A DNA stretch of 64,000 bases from Veleropilina oligotropha (taxonomy: Eukaryota). A model generated the notes under the pieces. That model was given only the letters and a program-made list of their open reading frames with translations, was not told the DNA's origin and ran no database searches. Every line of letters starts with the position of its first letter. The stretch's first letter is position 1. The stretch covers positions 434,001-498,000 of the forward strand of contig JBEUKZ010000100.1 of the NCBI GenBank assembly GCA_048128005.1, read 5' to 3'. The position numbers were made by a program, and so were the translations under genes. Of the stretch, positions 24,901 to 36,900 are shown piece after piece.

Positions 24901-27900
24901 CGCCCTGGTCGACTTACCCGGTTGGGATAGAACCGCCCACTGCTTGTCTGTAAAAACAAGGCACAAATCACACTGAAGTTTAATTTTACTACAACTACGG
25001 TGAATACGGCATTCCGTGTGCGTATCAAAACCCGTGAATTTTCTGGTTACACCCGGAGCTACTGCACCGGACCAGAGGGTATACACGGGAGGATAGGAGT
25101 GGGTATACGGGGTAGTGAAATAGGTATATATATGGTAGTTGTGACTATACTACGACAACTCCTAGAATTGCCCTGATCTGAAGATCAAAGATCAAGCGAT
25201 ATACCGCAAAGCGCAAAAAACCCCGCACTGGGAACACCGAGGTCGGGTATTTACCCGACACGACCCGGTAAAAAACCCGGGTAATTGACTAGAACAAACG
25301 GGGGTTTTCTCTTAGAAAAAACCGCCCAGAAAAACACCTGAAAAGACCTCGTGGATGTTTTTATGTTAGTACAATGGTGTATTATCCCAGAAACGGCAGG
25401 ATATCAGAATAACTTAAAGGAATATCAGAACAGTCCTGCCTATTAACGACGCTAGAAATTTTATACAATAATAACCAGCAAATAGCGTCGTTAAGGAATT
25501 ATCCAATATAATGAGTTACCTGTTTGCAGTCTCAAACAATATCAGATAAATATACCGACCAGAAATTTCAGCTACACACGAAACTTCCCTCTAAGCGGCC
25601 ATGCTTTTTTCCTTAGCAACGGCGACGCTGTCGGTTACTTGATGTCCAGAACTCCTCGAAGTTTTGAGAATCACAATCTTCTTATATTCACTTGTGTCTT
25701 GTATCCACAACACAGGGTTATATTCCACTACTTATATCATATAAGTATATATTGCGTCCTGATTTAACGTGAAATCGGGCGCCTATTTCGAAATATTTGC
25801 GGAGCAAAACAACGTCTTTCCGCGGCAGCGGAAAACTTTGAATTGATGTCATGTGACTTCTATGGTTCAGAAGTCTCGCGAGACTTGGCGAGGTCTCGCG
25901 GGGGAACGTGGTGGAGGTGGAGCAGGGGAGGTAACCGTGGTACGTTTTTGCGTCTTTGACTTATTAATAGTGCATAACGTGACTTATTCACTGTTTCCGG
26001 TTGGCAATAATATTACTATTATGGCAAGAGTAAGGACGTAAGTATGTTTGTAACTATATAGTTGTAGTTCCAAAGTCGAAAGTTGGGGGATCGACTAATC
26101 CGTGTAGTCGACCAATGCGCGGACAAATACGGTATTGGTTTACTACACTCACCGCCAGCTGTTGCTGAAATCCTCGGGGAACTCCGGGTTGGTAGTACCT
26201 GTAGTTCCATCTGCCAGATTGTAATCGTTGCTTGCGATCCCATCCCAAGTACCGCATAAACCTGCAAAATAAATCACAACATATACAACCCTTGTAATGA
26301 GATGTGATGAAAATTGTTAAATGGAATATATTGAAGTCCTGTGATAAACAATTACAAAATAAACAGGTTAAAGAGACTATTGCCCGTAAATGCGCTCTTT
26401 CTTTTTTAAAAAGAAAACTAACCGCATTACACTTTTTGCTTATAACATAAAAAGTTAGGAATTTTCAACACTCAACTTTCTTCAGTAATTTGCTACCGTT
26501 TAAATTAATCGCTACTGAATATTTAAAAATAATTAAATGCGGTCCATATTTTTTGCGACTAAAAAATCGACCGACACGTTCCTACGGGGAATCTAATCAC
26601 GGATCTAATCATGGATCTAATCACAAATCTAATCACGGTTGTTTACGATCGCACTTCGGTTGTTTCTGTAACTATAACAAGCATTGGAACTTAGTTTTCG
26701 GCAATTAATTTTGCGGTAACAATGAAAATACTGTCGGGGTTTTTTTCAAAGTTAACAATTGTATTTTTTATTACAATGAATGCGTGTCAGATAATGATAT
26801 CTACGGAAAATATATGCTTTATATTAAAAGTGAAAGTTGTCGCCCTATATCCAATGTAACTGGGCTATGTCAAAAGACGATTTCCACAAAATATCACCAT
26901 GATCTTAATTCAGTATGAAACAAACGATCGATAATGAACATTGCAGAATTTCTCATGATGGACCATGTAGAAATTTGATTTTAGTCGGATTCTTGATAAA
27001 GGAGGATTAAGAGTAATCCCCTTGTATCTATAATAATATACTTACGTCCTTACTAATGCCATAATAAGCCTATTATCGCTAAATCCGGACAAGGTGGAAA
27101 TGGTAATTTTCGCACTTTTAGTAAATTTAACCTAGTTGACCCACTGACCTGCGCGACCTCCTCAAGTTCATGCCTTATAAAGAGCTCGCCAACTCCCGCG
27201 AGATCCTCGTGACCAAAAGGTCATGACCTCATCCGAAGTTTTAGCAAACAACAAGGCAAAGAACTTATATAAGAGGGGAGGTGCGAAGCAGGGTGGGCCA
27301 AGTGGGTAAGGACGTAAGTATATTATTATAGATACAAGGGGATTACTCTTAATCCTCCTATCTATATCAAATATACTTACGTCCTTACTAATGCCAAGAA
27401 TAACTTTGGTTGGCGGAGTTATAAGTTCCATATACCAAAATTAAAACTTACTTGTTACCAGAAGACGACGCTTTAGCGTTGAGATCGAGTCCGTTCAGAG
27501 TGGATTTTACTGAGCATCAAATCTACTCTTACCCCGAGGTGAGATTTCGACCAAGAAATCTGGGAAAACACGCCAGGGATGTTAGTCGGACAGGTAACAC
27601 GAAAGTGCATGTAGCTCCGGACACCGTGCGGAAGGTATACCTTGTAGGCACTCGTGTCATGGGCAAAAGCAGTGATCTGAATATTCCGGACTCAAAGGTC
27701 GGCAGACAGAAAACTGCAGACGAGGTTTTTAGAGGCACCCGAACCTAGGCAGGTTTATTGTGCTATAATATAAAACCTTGACAATTATTAATAGATTGAA
27801 GAATATTCAATTATCTTCATCTTGAATTAATAAAATTTTTGCATGTCTATCTTGCAAAATGTCAACATGATAACATGTTACTTAAATAATTTTAAGTATG

Positions 27901-30900
27901 GAATAATATTAAAAATTTTCAATGTAAAGACATTGAAATGTTCTGCGACAGCAAGTAGAACATTTTTAAAAATAATATTATTTACAAAAAACATTTTTAA
28001 GATTTCGTAATGAAAATGTTTGCATCCAATGTGAGCATTAATGTCATATTAACTCAGTTATGACTAGATAATTTCAATTTTTTAATGATTTAAGAAAATA
28101 AATAACATTGAAGTAAATTCTAAAGGTGTTACAATGTACACAAATAGAAATACATTACATTACCTCAGTTCCCTGGTAATAATCCTTTTACCATTCACTG
28201 AAAGGATGACCTAGATCCTCTAATACATTGCTGATTGGCTGCGACAAAGGAAATGCTATGTTCGCCAGATGCCGTGGTTGCGTAATCACGCAGGTAAAAG
28301 CGAACAAATGTATTAGCACTCTTCCAATAACCAGCCTTCAAGATTGCATTGATATTTAAATTATACTTGAAGGCCAAGGAGGTCGCTAAGGCCCGTGTTT
28401 CATGCGCGTGAATTGAAACGAGATCTCGATCTGGCTCGTCGGACCGCTTGTAAATTTATTTTACAACAGAGACTATCCAACGTGACACAGTCGACTTGCG
28501 AATGTCGCGGTTGAATTGGGACATGTGGCTTATGAATAAACGCTTCTTGCCGTGCCGTAGGTCACGGGTCCGGTCCAGATAGAATTTCAGTGCACGAACG
28601 GGGCAGTTCAGCCGGTCGATATCGTCTCGACCCAACATGGAGAGGTTACGGATACAAACCTCGAGACAGATATCTTCAGGTCTTTGTGTCTTCGCTAGGA
28701 AGCCAAGGACAGTATGCAGCGTCAACGACCCATCGGTGTGGAAGTGTATATCTCGCAGCTCTCCGGATAATGCGTGTATCTCCGATGCCCGATTACCGGT
28801 CGCGAGAGCGGTAAGTAGTACGGTCTTATAAGTGAGATTTTTGAGGGAGCATTCACTCATAGGCTCGAACGGACATCTAAGTATAGCATTGAGAATCAAC
28901 ATGATATTCCATGCAGGCGGACGCACCTGCTGGGCCGGGCGTTCGAGTTGGTAGGAGCGTATAAAATCCGATATTGTCTTGTCGGTAGACAAGCGGGTGT
29001 GCTCGCGGCATTGTCGTAACGTCGTTGCTACGCATGATCGGTAGCCTTTGACCGCGGAAATAGACATTCCACGTTCGAGCAACGACGACAAAAACTCGAT
29101 AAATTTTGTCACAGGGGGGAGGAATATATTGACTTGCCGCCCGCGACACCAATCCACAAATTTCTTCCATCGGTAATCGTATACCTTTGTTGTAGATTGC
29201 CTTCTAGATCGGTAGATGCGCTGGGCTGTCGCTCTAGAAAAGCCTTTCTTAATGAGCGATCTCTCGATAGTCGCCAGGCGTGAAAGTGAAACTCGTTCGC
29301 CGACGGGTGTAGAACCCGACTGCACGGTTGCGATAACAGGTCTGTCATCTGCGGGAGCGCTAGTGGCTGATCGATGAGTAGATCCAGAAGTGTCGGAAAC
29401 CAGGACTGCGTGCGTTGTAGGGGTGCTATTAGCGTCAACTCGCAGTCTTTGCGTGGTGCTTTCCGTAGTACTTGTGGCAGCATGCACGACGGCGGAAAGG
29501 CGTAGGCGATCATATTCTCCCATGCCATTGACAGAGCGTCGACCGCTATAGCGGCCGGGTCCGGGTAAGGAGACACATAGAGAGGGAGTCGGTGATTGTA
29601 TTCAGTTGCGAATAGATCGACTTGAGGCTGCGACCACAGGCGACAGACATCTCGGGCTACACGGGCGTGTAGCATCCACTGTGTGTATTATCTGTGTTTT
29701 CCGTGAGAGCGTATCCGCTCTGACATTCAGCTTCCCCGGGATGTGTCGGGCTCGAATTGTCGAGTTGAGTGACATCACTAGGCGGTGTAGGTCGATCGCT
29801 CGGTCGCAAAGAGGACGGGAGCGAGTGCCGCCCTGGTGCTGAATGTAAGCGACGACAGTCGTGTTGTCCATTGCTAGCATTATGTGCTTGTTGCGGAGAT
29901 GTGACGAGAGGGACCGTACTGACAGGTAGACGGCTTCTAACTCGAGAAAGTTTATGTGTCGTCCCTGCAGGTCCGTCGGCCAAAGGCCCGATGTCTCGTG
30001 ACTGTCGAGGTGACCTCCCCAGCCCTCGTTTGACGCATCCGTGAAGAGGTAGGCGTTCGGTTCTGGGGGGGATATCGGAACCGACTGACTCGGCAGGGTA
30101 GTGTTCAGCCACACTGCTGTCGTGCGAGTGAACCAATGCCGTAGATCGATGCGATCCGTCCACTGTCCCGTGCGTTGTATCCAGCGGTCCTTGAAGGCCT
30201 GCTGCAACGGTCGCTTGTCCATGCGACCCGTCAGTAACAGGGGAGCTACCGACTCGATGTGCCCTAGGACAGTGGCCAGTCGTTGCGCTGTAGTTATCCG
30301 TGAAGACTTCGTTTTCAGTATAACTGCGCGTAGGTTCTCTATACGTTTCTGAGTCGGTTTCACGGTGTACCGGACCGTGTCGAATTCGACCCCTAGAAAT
30401 GTAAACGTCGTCGAGGGCACGAAGCAGGATTTCTCGTTGTTGATCTGTAATCCTAGGCGCTTCGCCGATGACAGGGTAACGCTCATAGACTGGAGGCACT
30501 GATCCCGGGACGCCCCGAGAATCAACCAGTCGTCGAGGTACATGTGTACTCTGTGCCCTTGCGTGTGTAGGAAGGCCCCGAGAGCCTGTACTACCCGCGT
30601 GAAGACGTACGGGGCTGACGATAGACCGAACGGTAGACACCTGAATTGGTAGACCGTTCCCCCGTGGACAAACCATAGGTACCGGTGAGCCGAGACGTGC
30701 ATCGGAACGTGTAGGTACGCATCGGTCAAGTCGATAGACGCTGCCCAGTCGCCCGGACGGATGGCCGTTCGTATCTTCGAGAGTGTTTCTTGCTTGAACT
30801 TCTCGGTACGAAGATACTGGTTGAGGAATGACAGATCGAGGATCGGTCGCCAACGGCCATCGGGTTTCGGGACCAGGAAAAAGTGGCTGTAATATCCTGG

Positions 30901-33900
30901 TGTGCTGGGCGGCGCGGGATAAATCGCTCTTTTTGAGAGTAAGTCCCGCACTGCCTGGTCTAGGACGGCTTGTTTTTCTCTTATCAGGAGACGAGCGCGT
31001 CCTGGTGGTGGTGTCGCGTCTAGGGTTGGATGCCGGTCGAATGCCAACTTGTATCCGGCACTCACGACTGAGTGAACCCAGTTGTCCTCTGTCATTTCTA
31101 GCCAGGACAGGCTGTACTCTAACAGACACGCTCCCACCGGCGGAAGCGTGCAACTGGGCTCGTCGCGAGCGCCGGAAACCCTAGGGCCGCGGCTTCCCTC
31201 TCCCGCTCTGACGGGATTTCGTCGGAGGTGCCTTTTTCGTAGTAGATTTCTTGGCCTGAGGAGGCCCACTATACGAAGGTTTGGCACGCTTGGAAGGCTT
31301 ATGAGACCGGGACGGTCCCGAGCGCTTCCTTGAGGCAGCAGCCGGCGTACTCCGAGGAGTAGCTAAGACTGCCTTCTCGATCGCGCGATCCTTTAGGTCG
31401 GCCGCTCTCTTCTCGACAAACTCGGTGAATTTGTCCCCGAAGAGAGTAGAGGCCGACAACGGTACGCAACGTAGCGACTGCCGGGTGGCGTCGTCTAACG
31501 TGGTGCCGTCTAGGCACGCGTCTCTACGAAGTAGGACAGCGTTACCTAAGGATCGGGCTGACTCCGACGCGGAGTTCTCCGTGGAGGCGGCAACCTCTTC
31601 GAGGAAGGACAGTGCGATATCTCGAGCGCGGTGTCCATTCTCTTGTAGTACGGTAATAGCTCCGTCCAAGAAGAAATCCTGGATGGAGGCATGCCGTAGA
31701 GCTCGACGGGCGGAGCTCTCAAAGCCCTCCATGGCGGCCCATGGGACTTTGACTACCGAGGGAGCTGTGCTGGCCGACAGCCGACCCATCGCTGCATCGA
31801 TCTGAACTGGCTCAGTCGCCAGACACGTCCCAGAGCACCCGATCGGAATCGGACGCCTACTGGGCCGGAGGTACCTTCCCTTACGCAGACCACTAGGGTA
31901 CTCCGTTAAAGAGGAAGTCTCCACCGATTTGGACCCCTGAATGGATTTGGTCGCCGAGTCGAGGACGAGCGAGACCAACCCAGACTGGGGGAGGGTAGGA
32001 AGCAGGGGGGCTTCCGTCCCAACAAACCGACGTGCCGCTGTCCTGTGCCTGACTACGCTTACCGGCAGAGCCGGGTCGAGCAAGTCAAGCACCCCGCGAA
32101 GCGACGCGACAGCGTCGTACCTTCGGCGGGTGGCGGAGACGGCTTCATGCGTGCCAGAAAGACTACAAGAGTCGTCTGGTCCGACCGATTCAGGGAGGTC
32201 AGAGTGAGTAGAAGTGGTGTCCTCGTCGGAACGAGAATCTACTTCCATCACCGAAGCATGAGCCGAGCCCGGCGTTACGGTCAGAGACGCTGGGACCTGG
32301 GGCGGCTGGGTAGCCGGTAGCCAGGACCTACAACGTGACTCGACTTCCGCCGCAATCATAGCCTGGACGTTCTCGAACGAGAAACCCGGAGGCATGACGG
32401 ACGTCGGACCAACAGCCATTGGTCCGCTCGAGGTTACCGTAGCGCTTGGTGGACGGGCTGCACGGACAGGTGGAGCCGAGAACCAGGGTCTCGGGCTACC
32501 TGTCGGGAAACCGCTACCAGGGAATCGGCCCGAAGGCTCGTTAACTGGTGCGAACGGCCCGTAGGACTGCGACCACAGTCCATACGGGTCTGTAACCCTG
32601 CTCGAGTGAAGCACGTGGCAATACCCGCCGTACATTTCAGCCCCGAGCGCAGCCGATCCTACCACACCACCTAGGACGTCTTGAAAAGAATCGTCGGAGG
32701 TAATGGGCCTTCCATCGTTCTCGTGGGCTCCGACGGTGGCGGGAATAGTTTTTACACAAGCGCCGTTGTCGGACGAGAGGATGGGTTTCGTCGAGCGTCT
32801 GGGACTTCGACCACTTTCGTGGTGCCCAGCAACTATATCGACTTTTTCTGCCAGTCGTTTCGCTTCTTGTTCAGAAGCTACTAAACTCGCAGAAGGACTA
32901 ATGCTGCCTTGCTCCTCCGAGGCCGGAGGAGAGGAAAGGTTTAGTCTGCCCTGTTCAGCTTTTCGCCGCAGCGCTCGATGTGTCTTACTGGTCGGCAAGA
33001 CACTCTGAGCAGCGGTTACTAGGCCCAAAGGAGAGGAGTCGGACTGCACTCGGGCTCGTACCTGAACCTTGGACCCCGACGACGATTCTGGGACTTTCCC
33101 CAAAGTCTCAGAGGTTCCGACGGCGGATCCCGCGATAGCCGCTGTCCCAACACGGCTATCACCGAGAGGATCTGAAAGAGAAAGAATAGTATCAAAGCCG
33201 GTCTCTAATCTCTGAAGCTTCTCGGTGGATGTCCCATCGGGAGAAGATGCCCTGGTCGTATTCTCTGTTGGGAAAAGAATCTCCCACTGCCGATTCGTCA
33301 ATACGGAACAATGCTCACACGGATGCTTTTTATCACTAAAACAAACACGGTGAATAGTGCATTCAAAACCACGGATTTTCTGTCTGCACCCGGAAACACT
33401 GCAATGCACCATAGCTACGTACACGGGTAGGTAGGAGATAGGGGTATGAAGTGATAAGGGTATTTCTACGGGTAGTTTACCAAAATACTACTACAACCTC
33501 GATTGTACCTGATCCGAGTTGGAAAAGGCTGAAATACGCTCAAAACCTCCGGCGGATTATACGCCCAAAACACCGACTTTGGTAAACTTTTTAACACAAG
33601 TCGGCCAACGAATTGAAAAACGGGAGGTCTTTCTTTTACAAGAAACCGCCCTTCACACCTAAAACCTCTTGGATGTATATATATCAATTTGTTAGAATTC
33701 GGCGTGTTATCCCCGACTTAGCAGATTTACCAAAATAACGCTAGTTAAATTCTAAACAATCTGCTTTTCAACGACGATAAATTTAATTACATAAATTTAT
33801 AGCAAGAAAAACGTCGTTGAGGAAATTATCTCATATATAAATGAATTGCAATGCAAATTCAAGCAATATCAATAATACAACTCTCTCCTGACTCCTTAGT

Positions 33901-36900
33901 AATTGCTAAGGAGCTTCCTTCTTTAAATATCCCTCTGAGCGTCCTCTTTACTTTCTTTTCAGAATTTCAAGATGGCGTCGTCAGTGGAGGGTGTTGATTT
34001 CCGATTTTCTGTTCTGTACTTGACAGGAAAACTTCTAAGAAAGGCTTAATCAGGAGGAAAACTCTCAAATTTTCCACTACACGTGTTTAACACACTACAA
34101 TCGATCTTATGAGCTAATGATTATTAAATCAGGCTCTACAAAAGATCGAATTTACATCAGATAGATGGAGCAAAGAAAAACGCGACTGTCTAAGATGGCG
34201 GAAAACTTCGGATGAGGTCATGACCTTTTGGTCACGAGGATCTCGCGGGAGTTGGCGAGCTCTTTATAAGGCATGAACTTGAGGTCGCGCAGGTCAGTGG
34301 GTCAACTGGGTTAAATTTACTAAAAGTGCGAAAATTACCATTTCCACCTTGTCCGGATTTAGCGATAATAGGCTTATTATGGCATTAGTAAGGACGTAAG
34401 TATATTTGATATAGATATGGAAATCAAGCAAAATATATAACATTTTATTTAATGTAAATTGTATAATTTTTATTATTTTAAATTTACATATATATTTTAT
34501 TAAATGGAATATATATAAACAATACATATAAACAAACAGTTGTAAATATATATTTAATACTGTTATACACAATGACATTAAAAACAATAATTACTCAAAT
34601 ATTGTACATGTAATGTGTTTTTTATAAATGCGCATTTACAATATAATGTCACTTCTCTCTGTCAGCTCTGACTTCTCCTTGTTGGCTCTCAAAAGCGAAG
34701 TCACTTCTCCCTGTCAATTTCACCCAGCTTGACCCCTGGTACTTGCCAGAATCTTTCAATGAGTGTAGATTTGAACCGGTGATCATGAACTTGGTCTTTC
34801 CCATGTAACTCTCAGACATTTCGCCTCCATCTCGGACTTCCAGCGTTCTTCTTCAGATTCACCTATGATAACTAGATCTTCTGCATATAATAGCTCCCAT
34901 GGGCAACCTGTGCGGAACTCGCGGGAAAGGGCTTCAAGAACGATGATAAACAGAAGAGGACTCAGAACAGAGCCCTGATGTATGCCAACTCTCACTTCAA
35001 ATTCATCGCTGAATGAGTTGTTGACCCTGATCATGCTTTTGGCGTTGTTGTACATAGACTGAACAAGATGGACAATTCATTCCTCGACTCCAAGCTTCCT
35101 CATTTCTGTTTATATGACATATATTTGTTTGCTTGTTGTGTTTATTGTCCCATGTAAATGGCTATGATCATATTGAGATACGCCATATATCGAGAGAGGG
35201 AAACTGGATTCTCTGGTGAACTAGAGTCTGGCCTGTTATGCCATGTATGTATGTCGTCTTCATATATACTTACATATAAACACTTTGAACAGCAAATGCC
35301 AGAAGGAATTTACATCAGATGAAAATGCGGTACATGACCATGGCCAATTGCAGTGACAAGGGCAATCAGAGGAGATTGCAAACCCTCGCATTTCACATTA
35401 TTTTCTAAATATTTTTGCTGATATCAATATAATTTCACCAGGACTGCGATTTGCATAACGAATTTACATAACTTAATTTGATATGACAAAATTAGAAATT
35501 GACCCTTAATTCCTCTGGAGACCATCTTGTGTCAGTAGAATCTATATAATTTATGTTGTCATATTTGTACGATGAAGCATTTTAAAGCTACAGCCGAAAA
35601 TCCATACCATATTCGAGGAGGACCGAGCCATGGAGAAACCTTATCTTGCGTAAAAAATTCTAGGAAATCGGATCAATAGTTTTCGAGTTATGCGAATGAA
35701 CATACATACATACGGAGCCGATTGCAATACCCTTGTCTCTCATCCGGAGGCAAGGGTAATAACAAATGTCCTACCTTCAGTGTTTTCAAAGTCCAGAACT
35801 GACGAAAAATACAACAGGGACAAAACATTCATGGTAGATGTACTCCTCACAGTCAGGTATCCACCATTTGGAAAGTATATCTGAAAACAAAGTTGAAGTT
35901 CATGTACACATTCAAAAGCAAGCACAGGTCAATAATAACATACCTGTTGCAAGCAAACAAATTTTTTTATTACTTTTAAATTAATGTTTACTAATTTGAA
36001 TTGCAAATTTAAACATTTTTAACATTTGACACTATACATTCATGTATACGTAATATCACTACAACGATGATTATGAAAACGGAAAAATGTGGTCGATCGC
36101 ACGTGTATTTAAGAATTAAGTTTTTTCAGTGACACAATCATCAACAAAACTTTAGAACACATGACTGGGTTTCTGTGAATAATTCCGCTTTCACTAAATA
36201 ACGAACCTGAATGAAGCAATGATCCTTTTCAGTTCATGCCCCCAAGAAAATGGAATAAAATCATGCAGTTTAGATAAGACTTTCGAAAGCAATCACCATA
36301 TTCAAAGAGGATCTGAAAATCCACTATTTAGGCAAGCGTTTGACAAATAATTCGTGAGGTACCTAAATGTAAGGTGAAAGAAAGAGACACAATTATCACA
36401 AGCCTGACAGTGCATCTATCACAAGTAGGCCTCTCATACTTACTTCATATAGATTCCTTGTGGAGGAATAGTGGACAGAGAACCCTGGCTGCACACCATT
36501 GGTAGTGAACATCTGGATGGTGGTCGATGTGGATTTATCTGCTGAAGTAGCGCCACACTTGTCCAACAAAATGACATCATCCATCGACTGGGCCGCTACG
36601 CCACAAATACAGACCATGGATTGGTCAGTGGTGCACTTGCGGGAGAGAATGTGAATCTGAAAGAAGCATTCGATATTAGAAATTAAATTTCCTCTGGGAT
36701 ATTCATTTTGTTGATTATAATGTATGCACATCGCTAGATAAGATATATATACGCTACAGTAATAATGAACAAACACTGTCAGGCAATATGTCACTTGCAG
36801 GCAATAGTAATGTACATTTATGAAATTTATAGATAAATTTATAGATAAATTAAATGTAACAAATCTACTTGGCTTTGATAACATTTTCTAGTATACAAGT

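Larger units (their letters stand above)
18634..26060 (-). mobile_element. DIRS1-like tyrosine recombinase retrotransposon, copy A (coding-defective, termini intact)
   Basis: Inverted terminal repeats at 18669-18884 and 25834-26049, ICR at 18946-19036, and gag, RT/RNase H/MT and YR remnants; no classical TSD. Confidence 0.95.
15804..26132. mobile_element. Non-autonomous pogo/Tc1-mariner-like element hosting nested insertions
   Basis: Imperfect TIRs CCGTATTTGTC(T/C)G(T/C)G(T/C)ATT.GT.GA; TA duplication (15802-15803 and 26133-26134) splits one minisatellite unit. Confidence 0.8.
26995..34417 (-). mobile_element. DIRS1-like tyrosine recombinase retrotransposon, copy B (near intact)
   Basis: ITRs at about 27036-27242 and 34203-34406, ICR at 27306-27396, intact gag, one frameshift in pol and one premature stop in YR. 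Confidence 0.95.

Noticed and set aside
27452..27748. 98-aa + strand ORF over the conserved DIRS 3' island
   Set aside because: Non-ATG start and not conserved in copy A (stops and frame-breaking indels); the conservation fits base-pairing instead.
20985..33008. Numerous + strand ORFs inside the DIRS elements
   Set aside because: Antisense shadows of GC-rich coding sequence with no recognisable domains.
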